Assembly: GCA_963795855.1 (NCBI GenBank)
Contig: CAWCIZ010000002.1
Span: 384,001 to 448,000 of the forward strand
Direction: 5' to 3'
Source: Vulcanimicrobiota bacterium
GTDB lineage: Bacteria; Vulcanimicrobiota; Vulcanimicrobiia; Vulcanimicrobiales; Vulcanimicrobiaceae
Length of the DNA: 64,000 nucleotides
Shown here: in pieces, positions 10,556 to 19,632 of the stretch
Layout: each line of letters opens with the position of its first letter
How positions within the stretch are numbered: the first letter of the stretch is position 1
Made by a program: the position numbers and the translations under genes
The notes under the pieces: model-generated
What the model was told of the DNA's origin: nothing
The model's database searches: none
What the model saw: only the letters and a program-made list of their open reading frames with translations

Positions 10556-11299
10556 CTAGACTTTTTCGATCTGGTAGAACTCGAGTTCGACCGGCGTTTC
10601 GCGCCCGAAGATCGAGATGAGCGCGCGAACCTTTTCCTTTTCGGGCTGAATCTCGTCGACGATACCGGTGAAGTCGAAGAACGGTCCCGACGTAACTTTG
10701 ACGCGGTCGCCTTTCTTGAAGTCGATCTTCAGTTTCGGCGTTTCGATGCCCATCTGCTTGAGGATCGTTTTCACTTCTTTGTCCTGCAGCGGAACGGGCT
10801 TTTCACCCGCGCCCGGACTGCCGACGAACCCGGTAACGCCCGACGTGTTTCGCACGACGTACCATGACTGGTCGTCCATGTCCATCTCGACGAGCACGTA
10901 GCCGGGGAACACTTTCTTCGGCGTGATCTTGCGCTTGCCGTCCTTGAATTCGACTTCGTCTTCCATCGGGACGAGCACGCGGAAAATCTTGTCCTGCATG
11001 TTCATCGAGTGAATGCGGCGCTCGAGATTCGCTTTGACTTTATTTTCGTAACCCGAATACGTATGGATCACGTACCAGTGCTTGCGGTCGTCTTTACCGC
11101 CGCGAGGGCGAGCCTCTTTGCGATCTTCCTGCAGCGTTTCGTCGGCGTCGGGCGACGCTTCGGTTTCGTCGGCGATCGCGGCGGCTTCTGCCAAATCTTC
11201 AGCGTGTGAGGACTCGGCGAGCGCCTGGGACTCGGACTCGTGCGCTTCTTCGGTTATCGCGAAACCGTTGCGTTCTTGTTCCAAAGAAAAATCCGTCAT
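10556..11299 (-). CDS. nusG: Transcription factor NusG with acidic N-terminal extension
   Basis: WYVIHTYSGYENKVK, FPGYVLVEM, SIFGRETPVEL. Confidence 0.97.
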   Translation of the reverse strand: MTDFSLEQERNGFAITEEAHESESQALAESSHAEDLAEAAAIADETEASPDADETLQEDRKEARPRGGKDDRKHWYVIHTYSGYENKVKANLERRIHSMNMQDKIFRVLVPMEDEVEFKDGKRKITPKKVFPGYVLVEMDMDDQSWYVVRNTSGVTGFVGSPGAGEKPVPLQDKEVKTILKQMGIETPKLKIDFKKGDRVKVTSGPFFDFTGIVDEIQPEKEKVRALISIFGRETPVELEFYQIEKV

Positions 11300-11568
11300 T
11301 GTGAAACCGGAGGATGAACCCAAGTGAAGACCCAGCCGAAGAGCTGATCGGCGCCGTACGTGAACAACCCGATGGCGACGACCAAGACGATGGTAAGGAC
11401 GGTCGCGGAAACCCACTCTTCACGCGTGGGCCACGTTACGCGCTTGAGCTCGAGCCACACGCCCCGAACGAACTCTTGCGCGTTCATGTTGTTCGCGGTA
11501 CGCGCGACGGGCGCCGTGCTCGGCTTCTTTTTCCCACCGTCCGGCGTGCCGCCGGGGGCTTTGTTCAT
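11296..11568 (-). CDS. secE: Preprotein translocase subunit SecE
   Basis: ELKRVTWPTREE plus one TM segment; lies between tRNA-Trp and nusG. Confidence 0.95.
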   Translation of the reverse strand: MNKAPGGTPDGGKKKPSTAPVARTANNMNAQEFVRGVWLELKRVTWPTREEWVSATVLTIVLVVAIGLFTYGADQLFGWVFTWVHPPVSQ

Positions 11569-11589
11569 CACGAGGTTTCTCCTGGAGAT

Positions 11590-11665
11590 TGGCAGGGCGG
11601 ACAGGACTCGAACCTGCAACAACTGGTTTTGGAGACCAGGACTCTACCAATTGAGCTACCGCCCT
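11590..11665 (-). tRNA. tRNA-Trp (CCA)
   Basis: Cloverleaf AGGGCGG...CT CCA AA...GGTTCGAGTCC...CGCCCTGCCA. Confidence 0.97.
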
Positions 11666-11696
11666 ATAAATGTGTCCGGCGGCGTCGTTGCCGTTG

Positions 11697-11861
11697 TTAC
11701 TTGGTCTCGCGGTGCGGCTTATGGCTTCGGCAGAAGCGGCAGTACTTGCTCAATTCCAGCCGTTCCGTCGTCTTCTGTTTGTTTTTTTGCGTGTTGTAGT
11801 TCCGGCGCTTGCATTCGGTGCACGCCATGACGACCATCACGCGATTCTCTTTCTTGGCCAC
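11697..11861 (-). CDS. rpmG: 50S ribosomal protein L33 (Zn-ribbon form)
   Basis: Manual translation [54 protein letters not shown]; not in the ORF track. Confidence 0.96.
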   Translation of the reverse strand: MAKKENRVMVVMACTECKRRNYNTQKNKQKTTERLELSKYCRFCRSHKPHRETK

Positions 11862-11915
11862 GTTCCTCTACCACACAACGTAAATAAAACGGACCGGCGG
11901 TCCGTTTGACAACCC

Positions 11916-11945
11916 AGTATAGCACAAGCAAGATTCGAGCTGCAA
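11916..11945 (-). promoter_or_regulatory. Predicted sigma70/sigmaA promoter for the rpmG-secE-nusG operon
   Basis: TTGCAG-18bp-TATACT with extended TG. Confidence 0.55.
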
Positions 11946-11971
11946 CCGCCACTCAAATCGCCGGCCAAAAT

Positions 11972-12045
11972 CGCGCCCGGGCGGAATCGAACCGCCAACC
12001 TCGGCCTTAGGAGTGCCTTGCTCTATCCAATTGAGCTACGGGCGC
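11972..12045 (-). tRNA. tRNA-Arg (CCT), CCA not encoded
   Basis: GCGCCCGTAGCTCAATTGGATAGAGC...CT CCT AA...GGTTCGATTCC...CGGGCGCG; anticodon stem has two A.G mismatches. Confidence 0.85.
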
Positions 12046-13214
12046 GCGACGCCCTGACTTTTACGCGCGCGGGACCCGCTCACCCCTTGCGGGCCGTTCA
12101 CCAACTCGCGGTACAGGCGCGCTAAAGCGACCGCCCGAGCGCGCGGCGCGTGCCGCTGCGCAATCAACTGCGACGCTTGCTCGGTCAAGCGCCGGGCCAA
12201 CTGACGATCGGCCAGCACGCGCTCGAGCGCATCTGCGAGCTCCTGCGGCTCGCGCGGCCGAACCAGCAGCGCGCTCTCTTCGTCGGTAACGATTTCCGGC
12301 GTGCCGCCGGTCGCCGTTGCGACGGCCGGAACTCGGCACGCCATCGCCTCGAGCAGGACGTTCGGCGATCCTTCGCTCAGCGACGGCAGCGCCATCACGT
12401 CGGCGATCGCGTAATACGGCGCCACCGAAGGGACGTGCCCGGTGAACACGACGGGTTCTCCGGCGGCCGCCTCTTCCAGAGCCTTGCGTTCCGGCCCGTC
12501 GCCGGCCAGCAGCAGCCGCGCCTGCGGACGCCGCTGCCGCAAAATGCGAAACGCGCGGACGAGATCGATGTGCGCTTTTTCGTGCGACATGCGGCCCGCA
12601 GCAATGATCACCTCGTCATCGGCGCTGAAACCCAAGCCTCTGCGAACTTCGGCCGCGTCGATCGCTTTAACGCTTTCGATCCATGCCGGATCCACGGCGT
12701 TTTGAAGCACCGTTATTCGCGACGCATCGACACCGCGCCGGATCAACTCCACTTCGAATGCGCGGCTCACCGTAACCAGCCGCAGCGGCCGCCGGAGCGA
12801 CCACCGATCGAGCTCGTTGTAGGCGCGCATCTTGAGGCTTTCCGCCGTGTACCCGTGATGAAACGCCACCCACGGAGAGCGCCGCCACAAACCCGAGAGG
12901 CGCACCAGAAAATGCGACTTCACGGCGTGCGTCTGCAGAACGTGCGGTGAAAGTTCCGCGACGAGCTTTTCGAGCGCGCCGATCACGGCTCGATCGAAGG
13001 CGCCGCGCTCCGGAATCGCCGTAATTGGAATCGATCGCGCACGCGCCGCGCGAAGCAGATCGGTTTCGCCGGACCCGCGCCGATAGGTGGCGAGATGCAT
13101 GTCGATGCCGGGGTCCACCTCGCGTACCGCCGTGCAAAACTCCAGCAGGTTCTTGACGTTGCCCGTGATCGTGGACGCCTCGATGACCGCGAGCACCCGC
13201 ACGCGTTCGTTCAT
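12036..13214 (-). CDS. GT4 family glycosyltransferase
   Basis: GRMSHEKAH, LPSLSEGSPNVLLEAMA; start MNERVRV overlaps the upstream stop. Confidence 0.9.
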   Translation of the reverse strand: MNERVRVLAVIEASTITGNVKNLLEFCTAVREVDPGIDMHLATYRRGSGETDLLRAARARSIPITAIPERGAFDRAVIGALEKLVAELSPHVLQTHAVKSHFLVRLSGLWRRSPWVAFHHGYTAESLKMRAYNELDRWSLRRPLRLVTVSRAFEVELIRRGVDASRITVLQNAVDPAWIESVKAIDAAEVRRGLGFSADDEVIIAAGRMSHEKAHIDLVRAFRILRQRRPQARLLLAGDGPERKALEEAAAGEPVVFTGHVPSVAPYYAIADVMALPSLSEGSPNVLLEAMACRVPAVATATGGTPEIVTDEESALLVRPREPQELADALERVLADRQLARRLTEQASQLIAQRHAPRARAVALARLYRELVNGPQGVSGSRARKSQGVARP

Positions 13215-14431
13215 ACTGCCAATTTCGCCGCCGAAAACCGCGAATAGAACGCGTAAACCTCTTCCCCGATTTGCGACCAGTCGTAGGTCGCGCGTGCGGT
13301 TTCCGCGCCGGCGCGCGCGACGCGTTCGAATGCCGCGTCGTCGCCCGCGAGAAAACGCACTGCGCTCTCGAATTCTTGCGGCGTATCCGCGAGAAGAATG
13401 TCGCGGTTCGGCGTAACTTGCAACCCTTCGGCCCCTAGTCGCGTAGAAATCACCGGCACGCCGGACGCCATCGCCTCCAAAATTTTCAGGCGCGTTCCGC
13501 TTCCGACGCGCAGCGGAACGACCGCTGCGAGCGCATTCCGGTAGTACGGCCGAACGTCGTCGACGGTGCCGGTGACGACAACGCCGGGACGCTTCTCCAG
13601 CGCTCGCACCTCCGGCACCGGGCGCGAGCCGACGATAAGGAAGCGAAGATGCGGAAACGCGTCGTGTATGCGGGGCCAAATCTCGTTCGCGAAATACAGC
13701 GCGCCGTCGATGTTCGCGTGATATTCCATCGATCCGACGAAGACGAGATCGGTGCGTGTGCCGAACGAATCGCTCCGCACGCCCGCGGCTTGAAAGGCGC
13801 AGTCGACGCCCGAAGGCACGGTGACGATATTTGCGTGCGGCGCCCGCCGAAGCAGCAGGTCGCGTTCGCGATCGCTACACACCAAATGCGCGTCGCATTC
13901 CGCCAAGAGCCGGTCTTCCAACCGTTCGAGAAGCCGCGCGGCGCGCGCAGCGTACAGTCGCTTGGGTAAACTCGCCGCGCCATTGGCAGCGTAACGGCGC
14001 ATCAATTCCGACTCCACGTTGTGCCAGTCGCATACCAAACGCGGGCGGCTCTTGGCACTGCGAATCACCGGAATGTACGAGATGAGATGCACGCCTTCCA
14101 TCTGCACGAGATCGAAATCGTTCGCGTCGAGCAGCGTGCGCAGTTCGCGCTCCATGCGCGCGCTTACGAAGTTCAGGACGTTCACCGGCAGCGGCCCTGC
14201 CAAACCGCGCACGATATTCGATGCGGAATACGCCGGTTCGCGGTGCACGAGCACGCTTTCGATCGCATCCGGGCCCTGTTTCCCGCGCCATACCGGCATG
14301 CCGGCGTCTCCAAAGCCGAGGTAGACGACTTCGCCGTGCTGCGCAAACGCTCGAGCCAGATAGTAATCTCGCAAATGCGCACCCGAGGTCGGCGGCCAGC
14401 ATTCACGCGGTGAAACGTACAGAATCCGCAT
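13211..14431 (-). CDS. GT4 family glycosyltransferase
   Basis: MRILYVSP...PPTSGA, FVGSMEYHAN, GSGTRLKILEAMA; GGAGG RBS. Confidence 0.9.
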   Translation of the reverse strand: MRILYVSPRECWPPTSGAHLRDYYLARAFAQHGEVVYLGFGDAGMPVWRGKQGPDAIESVLVHREPAYSASNIVRGLAGPLPVNVLNFVSARMERELRTLLDANDFDLVQMEGVHLISYIPVIRSAKSRPRLVCDWHNVESELMRRYAANGAASLPKRLYAARAARLLERLEDRLLAECDAHLVCSDRERDLLLRRAPHANIVTVPSGVDCAFQAAGVRSDSFGTRTDLVFVGSMEYHANIDGALYFANEIWPRIHDAFPHLRFLIVGSRPVPEVRALEKRPGVVVTGTVDDVRPYYRNALAAVVPLRVGSGTRLKILEAMASGVPVISTRLGAEGLQVTPNRDILLADTPQEFESAVRFLAGDDAAFERVARAGAETARATYDWSQIGEEVYAFYSRFSAAKLAV

Positions 14432-14515
14432 GCATCCTCCCGACTGCTCCTTACCCATGCCGCCGTTGCCGCTCACGACGCGCGCGAAGGCGCTCAGCCT
14501 CTTCGTGCGGTACAA

Positions 14516-15451
14516 ATGGCTACGATGAATGGTCTCGGAGAACTGCCCGCGGGTCCGCCGGATTACGAGCTGCTCGAACGGCAGGCCGCCGCGCTGCTCG
14601 AGAACGTCGACAATTTTCTCGCTAATGCCGCAAACTTTGCCGCGTTCGTGTATTATTCGCTGCCGGATGTGAACTGGGCTGGGTTTTACTTTCCCGACAC
14701 GCGCGGGCTGGTGCTCGGGCCGTTCGGCGGCAAGCCCGCGTGCACGGTGCTTCCGCGCGGCGAGGGCGTCTGCAACCGCGCGTTCGAGACCGCGAGCCCC
14801 GTCATCGTCGAAGACGTGCATGCTTTCGCGGGACACATTGCCTGCGATCCCGCTTCGCGCTCGGAACTCGTGCTGCCGATCTTGCATGACGGCGCGGTCT
14901 ACGGCGTCTTCGATCTGGACAGTCCGCTGCGCGCGCGCTTCGGCGAACGCGACTCCGCCGGACTCCAGCGGCTCGTCGCGCAGTTCGCGGCGCATACGCC
15001 GTTGCCCGAGCGCTTCCGCACGACGCGGATGCCGAGCAACATCAACCAGCGCATCGACGTGCAGACGTGCCGGGATCATCACGTCGTCCTGCGCTATCTC
15101 GTCGAAGAAGTCGGCAACGAGGGACGCGCGGCAAACGTCGCGCCGCTGCTGCGGCGGCTGCGCTCGGTGCTCGTCGCGCATTTGAAGTTGGAAGACGACT
15201 GGCTGTATCCGCGCTTGGAGCAGAGCAGCAACGCCATCGTGCGCGGCAAAGCCGAACGCTACCATCGTGAAGTCGGCGGATTGCGCGCGCAATTCGACGC
15301 ACTCTGGAAGCGCTGGTCGGCTGATGACGCCGTCGCTGCGGACTTTTCGGCATGGCAAACGCAATGGCGCGAATTCCAGCACGCGTTCGAAGCACGGATC
15401 GCGTCCGAAGACGACGATCTGTACCTGGCGGCGGAAGAGGATTTCGCCTAG
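14516..15451 (+). CDS. GAF domain (free Met-R-sulfoxide reductase-like) fused to hemerythrin-like domain
   Basis: NWAGFY, LGPFGGKPAC, GVC, HIACDPASRSELVLP; C-terminal AHLKLEDDWLYP and RIASEDDDLY. Confidence 0.8.
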   Translation: MATMNGLGELPAGPPDYELLERQAAALLENVDNFLANAANFAAFVYYSLPDVNWAGFYFPDTRGLVLGPFGGKPACTVLPRGEGVCNRAFETASPVIVEDVHAFAGHIACDPASRSELVLPILHDGAVYGVFDLDSPLRARFGERDSAGLQRLVAQFAAHTPLPERFRTTRMPSNINQRIDVQTCRDHHVVLRYLVEEVGNEGRAANVAPLLRRLRSVLVAHLKLEDDWLYPRLEQSSNAIVRGKAERYHREVGGLRAQFDALWKRWSADDAVAADFSAWQTQWREFQHAFEARIASEDDDLYLAAEEDFA

Positions 15452-15452
15452 T

Positions 15453-15656
15453 TCAACGCAGCGGCCGGCGCGGAGGATTGCGCCGAATGCGCCAAACCTG
15501 CATCGCCACGAGCAGCGCGAAGATTACCGCGATCGGACCGAGCGAGAACCAGAACGAGAGTAGTTGGATGTGATACGGATGCGCGTTCGTTTGGACGACC
15601 ATTTGCGCGAGCATGTCGCTAGTGTATACCGTCTGGTGTAAAAAAATGTGTCGCAA
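15453..15656 (-). CDS. Small membrane protein (start uncertain)
   Basis: One hydrophobic segment followed by a basic tail; fills an intergenic gap. Confidence 0.35.
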   Translation of the reverse strand: MRHIFLHQTVYTSDMLAQMVVQTNAHPYHIQLLSFWFSLGPIAVIFALLVAMQVWRIRRNPPRRPLR

Positions 15657-15734
15657 GCGCGAATTTTGCGCCGGTCGAGAGATGGCCCGCCCGCCCGCTC
15701 AGGGAACGCGCGGGCGCGGCCGAAAACACTTTGT

Positions 15735-16118
15735 ATGGAGCATCTGCTCGTGCCGGCGGTCGCGTTAGCGATCGTCGCGGCAACGGCTATACTGACGGTC
15801 GCGCGCTACTGCGCCCTTCCGGAACGCATTCCGCTGGGACTGCATTTCAACTCGGACAGCAGCGGGAATGGGCCGCGCTACATGATCGGCTTTTTTCCGT
15901 TCATCCAGATGGGCCTCGCACTCGACGCAATCTCTCAGCCGACCGGCGACGCGCTCTTTTTGACCGCGATGGTGGCGATTCTGTACTTCGCGCAACTGCT
16001 GACCATCGAGCTGTCGATGTACGGCCCCTCGCGCGCGCGCTACGCCCGCTTCTGGGCTTCGTTCGCGGTGCTGATAGCGGCCGGAACGACCGCGGCGTTC
16101 GCGCTGCCGCTCCACTAG
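15735..16118 (+). CDS. Membrane protein, DUF1648-like
   Basis: LPERIP..HF...G pattern after a TM helix; several TM segments. Confidence 0.55.
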   Translation: MEHLLVPAVALAIVAATAILTVARYCALPERIPLGLHFNSDSSGNGPRYMIGFFPFIQMGLALDAISQPTGDALFLTAMVAILYFAQLLTIELSMYGPSRARYARFWASFAVLIAAGTTAAFALPLH

Positions 16119-16148
16119 AAAAGCCCGGCTAACGTGCCGGGCTTTTTA
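16119..16148. terminator. Bidirectional intrinsic terminator
   Basis: AAAAGCCCGGC-loop-GCCGGGCTTTTT between a gene and the convergent tRNA cluster. Confidence 0.8.
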
Positions 16149-16151
16149 CTC

Positions 16152-16226
<75 letters not shown>

Positions 16227-16236
16227 GAAAAACCGT

Positions 16237-16310
16237 TGGAGCGGGCGGCGGGAATCGAACCCGCGCTGTCTGCTTGGAAGGCAGAAGCACTACCACTATG
16301 CAACGCCCGC
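16237..16310 (-). tRNA. tRNA-Gly (TCC)
   Basis: GCGGGCG...CT TCC AA...GGTTCGATTCC...CGCCCGCTCCA. Confidence 0.96.
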
Positions 16311-16315
16311 GCAAC

Positions 16316-16403
16316 TGGTGGGCAGGGCTGGATTCGAACCAGCGTACAGCTTTCGCTGGACAGATTTACAGTCTGTTGCCTTTAACCACTCGGCCACCTA
16401 CCC
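16316..16403 (-). tRNA. tRNA-Tyr (GTA)
   Basis: GGGTAGG...CT GTA AA, long variable arm, ...CCTGCCCACCA. Confidence 0.97.
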
Positions 16404-16591
16404 GCGCACGTCCCGTCTGGGACGACAGCGCACCAGGGTACGATGCGCCCCGGTCCGAGTCCTGTGCCGCGCTTCGGCGCGGCTTCTAATCGCTTTTTCC
16501 GCTTTCTCTCAGAAGCGGCTCATGAAGCGCCCCCTCCCTTGCCGTTATAACCGAATCAAGCACCCCTCTCCGCTAGATTTGGAGCTTCGCA

Positions 16592-17779
16592 ATGAACGTA
16601 CGCACCCCCATGATGGCCGCGCTTTTGCTCGCGTCAGCGACGCTGACGGCGTGCGGCGGCGCCGGCGGATCCGGTTCCTTTACCCCTGCCGGCGCGAACG
16701 GCGGCAACACCGGCGGCAACGGCGCCTCAGTCCAATCCCAAACCGAAGATTCAGTCGACACCGCGAACGCGATCGGCTCGCCGATGAAAGAGATCGGCTC
16801 ATCGAACGAGGCCACGGGTTCGCCGCTGCAAACCGGCGCCCGCACCGCGCAAGCCGTTTCCGTGAAAACGCTGGGTGACGGGAGCTGCAGCAACGGCGTC
16901 GAGTTCTTCTCTCCCGACAAAAAAGGCGATGCAAACTCCACCGAACGCATCGTTTTCTACGACAACGGCTGCACGCAGATGCAGAGCGACGCGGTTCGTG
17001 TGTACACCTCCACCAGTTCGACGTCCGAAACCGTGCAGCGCACTGTGTCGCGCTACCATCTGGGCGCAAGCACACCCTCGTCGGTTCGAACCGAGACCGT
17101 AAGTTACACGAACGCCGCGTTCGATCAGTTCGGTTATCCGATATACAAGAACGGCTTCGATCGCACGCATACCGGTGAACTCGACGTCAACGGCGTGAAG
17201 ACGATCGACGGCGACGGTGAACTGGCGCTGCTCTCGGCGAGCGGTTCTACCTCGACCTTTTGCGGCGATTCCGCCGGCTTCAACGCGACCGGCAACGCAT
17301 CGCTGAACGAAACCTTCGGCTGGGCCGGCGTTATGCCGAGCGGAACGCGCACCGTCAACCCCGACGGCAGCGTCACCTGGAATCTCACGCACGAGGGCAG
17401 CACGTACACCGGTTCGATCGGCGGCCTCTCGATTCAAGCCGGAGCGCAGAATACGAGCTGCCCTATCTCCGCGCCGATGTTCACGCTCGCGGGCGGCACG
17501 CTGAAGGGCCAATACCAGATCCCGATTCAGGCAACGTATCTTGACGGCATTCTGACGAACCTGACCGTCAGCAACGCGTCGCTCTCCAACGGCGACACGC
17601 TCGACATTCAAACCAATAGCGGCATCTCGCCGGGCGACGAGCACTTCATCTCCGGCACGCTTTCCAAGAGCGGCACGACGATTGCCAACTTCAACGTCAA
17701 CGCCTTCGGCGACGGAACGCTGGTCGTGGTCGCGAGCGGCAAGGCGTACGAAATCGAAGATTGGCACGTCGTCAAGTAA
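16592..17779 (+). CDS. Hypothetical lipoprotein, Gly/Ser/Thr-rich
   Basis: Lipobox LTAC followed by a GGAGG linker; GGAG RBS; followed by a terminator. Confidence 0.8.
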   Translation: MNVRTPMMAALLLASATLTACGGAGGSGSFTPAGANGGNTGGNGASVQSQTEDSVDTANAIGSPMKEIGSSNEATGSPLQTGARTAQAVSVKTLGDGSCSNGVEFFSPDKKGDANSTERIVFYDNGCTQMQSDAVRVYTSTSSTSETVQRTVSRYHLGASTPSSVRTETVSYTNAAFDQFGYPIYKNGFDRTHTGELDVNGVKTIDGDGELALLSASGSTSTFCGDSAGFNATGNASLNETFGWAGVMPSGTRTVNPDGSVTWNLTHEGSTYTGSIGGLSIQAGAQNTSCPISAPMFTLAGGTLKGQYQIPIQATYLDGILTNLTVSNASLSNGDTLDIQTNSGISPGDEHFISGTLSKSGTTIANFNVNAFGDGTLVVVASGKAYEIEDWHVVK

Positions 17780-17798
17780 CGCTCAAGGCTTGCGCACT

Positions 17799-17830
17799 AG
17801 AAGAAGGCTCCGCACTCGGGAGCCTTCTTG
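17799..17830. terminator. Intrinsic terminator, probably bidirectional
   Basis: AAGAAGGCTCC-loop-GGAGCCTTCTT between convergent genes. Confidence 0.7.
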
Positions 17831-17856
17831 GCGTTTTGCGTGACCCCGCGGCGCGT

Positions 17857-18294
17857 TTACGTCGCCGTCGAACTTTCTTTCTTCAAGCGACCCTCTTCTA
17901 AGTCTATCAGTTCGGTCCAGGTGTTCACGTAATCGTTTCCGGGATCGATCTTCTCGAGTTCGTCGCAGAAGTGCTCGCGTTCTTCCGGCTTCGGCTCGTT
18001 GTGCAGCACCCACTCGTTCATCTTCACGGTCTTTTCCGGTTCAGGGCGCACGTAATCGCGAATCCACTCCAGTACCGCGTCGTCGTCCGGCGAACGGCGC
18101 ACGGCATCCAAGAACTCGTCCTCGGTGACGCCCAGCGTATTGAACAACTTGAGGTTGAAACGGCAGCCGTAGTAGAGGTACTCGCCGAGTTTGCCTTCGA
18201 GTTGCGCGCGGGCTTTGTCTATCGCGCGCGGAAGCAGCATCATGCCGTCCAATTCTTCGCGCGGGCCGCGCGGATATTCGTGGGTCAGGTCCAT
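17857..18294 (-). CDS. DUF5069-like protein
   Basis: MDLT..YPRGPREELDG...LPRAIDKARA...GEYLYYGC...IDLEEGR. Confidence 0.8.
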   Translation of the reverse strand: MDLTHEYPRGPREELDGMMLLPRAIDKARAQLEGKLGEYLYYGCRFNLKLFNTLGVTEDEFLDAVRRSPDDDAVLEWIRDYVRPEPEKTVKMNEWVLHNEPKPEEREHFCDELEKIDPGNDYVNTWTELIDLEEGRLKKESSTAT

Positions 18295-18326
18295 GCCGCC
18301 AGCTTTCCCAGCATGCGGTCTGCTAA

Positions 18327-18797
18327 TCACTCCAGCGGAGCGTTGTACTTCAAAAAGCGGCCTTCGCGCGTCCAGCCGGCGCGCTCGTACACGCGTTGCG
18401 CGACGGCGTTGTCTTGCGCAGTTTCCAGAAACATGCCGCAAGCGCCGGTCTCACGCGTATGTTCGAGCGCACGAGCCAGCAGCGCGGAGGCGATGCCGGC
18501 CTTGCGATGCCTCGCGTCGACGAACAAATCTTCGAGAATCCACGACGGCGCAAGTTGCACGGTGGAGTACGTGGGAAACAGTTGCATAAATCCCGCGCCT
18601 TCGCCATCCACTTCGGCGATGTATATCTCCGAGGTGCCGTTGCGTAAATGCGATTCGATAAACGCGCGTTCGCGTCGCGCATCGGGCTCGCGGCGATAGA
18701 AAACGCGATAGGCCTGCACGAGCGGCAAAAGCGCGTCTACGTCTTCAATCGTTGCTTCTCGAATGGTCGTTTTCGCGATCGCGACGCTCCAGTCATC
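18327..18797 (-). CDS. GNAT family acetyltransferase (start codon uncertain)
   Basis: IREAT..D, AGFMQLFPTYS, ILEDLFV...RKAGIA, LETAQDN.VAQRVYE. Confidence 0.85.
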   Translation of the reverse strand, partial: DDWSVAIAKTTIREATIEDVDALLPLVQAYRVFYRREPDARRERAFIESHLRNGTSEIYIAEVDGEGAGFMQLFPTYSTVQLAPSWILEDLFVDARHRKAGIASALLARALEHTRETGACGMFLETAQDNAVAQRVYERAGWTREGRFLKYNAPLE

Positions 18798-18848
18798 ACA
18801 AATGTGAGTCGTGCAACACCTGTAAAACCACAGGTATGGCACACGTGC

Positions 18849-18857
18849 AGTATAGCA
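18849..18857 (-). promoter_or_regulatory. Extended -10 promoter element
   Basis: TGCTATACT upstream of the GNAT gene. Confidence 0.45.
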
Positions 18858-19084
18858 TAGACGCACTTCCAGGCCGGCCCTGCGCGCAGTGCCGCAATAT
18901 GGTTGGGTCGGCCAAACGGGGGTTTCGCTCGCGGCGTTGCGTGCTGCCATTCGCTCACGGCAACATTTCGAGGATTAAACGGGGCTAGTAGGCGGCCAAT
19001 GCGCGCGGGACGGCGCGGAAACTTGTAAAATGGCGCCGCGGACGCACAGGACTGCTACCTGTCGCAGCCCAATAGTGAGGCCAC

Positions 19085-19158
19085 GCCGGCGTAGACTCAA
19101 TTGGTAGAGTCCCGCATTTGTAATGCGGTTGTTATCGGTTCGAGTCCGATCGTCGGCT
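19085..19158 (+). tRNA. tRNA-Thr (TGT), CCA not encoded
   Basis: GCCGGCG acceptor stem; CCGCA-TT TGT AA-TGCGG; ATCGG-TTCGAGT-CCGAT; slightly atypical D arm. Confidence 0.9.
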
Positions 19159-19211
19159 AGCGATTTGCGGAGGCATCGTTAAGCGTGCCTCCGCCTCATG
19201 AAACGGATATC

Positions 19212-19622
19212 ATGCAACCAATCAATCCCAAATGGACGAATTCCGGTCTCGTGCTCGTGTGCGAGCGCTGCTTCAAAGAGCGGATTCCCGAAGAAGATCC
19301 GGACAAAGCCGCGGAGATCGGTGATTTCCATTTGCGCGATTGGCTCAAGAAGCGTCTGAAAGAAGACGGCTACTGGGGCAAAGTCCGCGCCGTAAGCACG
19401 AGCTGTATGGACGTTTGCGCCCGACGCCGCGTAACGGTGGTCATCGATCCGAAGATCGAAGGCAAACGCGCGCAGGCGTACGTCGTCGACCCGGTTGCCG
19501 AGAAAGACGCGCTGTACGATCTGATCGTGCGACGCCTGGGCGATACGCGAAGCGACGAAACGACGATGGACCGTCCCGCTCCGGGATTCGAGCGCTACGA
19601 AGACGAGGTAACCGGCCGATAA
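19212..19622 (+). CDS. Thioredoxin-like (2Fe-2S) ferredoxin/metal-binding domain protein
   Basis: VLVCERC ... VSTSCMDVC (CxxC...CxxxC). Confidence 0.55.
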   Translation: MQPINPKWTNSGLVLVCERCFKERIPEEDPDKAAEIGDFHLRDWLKKRLKEDGYWGKVRAVSTSCMDVCARRRVTVVIDPKIEGKRAQAYVVDPVAEKDALYDLIVRRLGDTRSDETTMDRPAPGFERYEDEVTGR

Positions 19623-19632
19623 CCCTTTCAAG

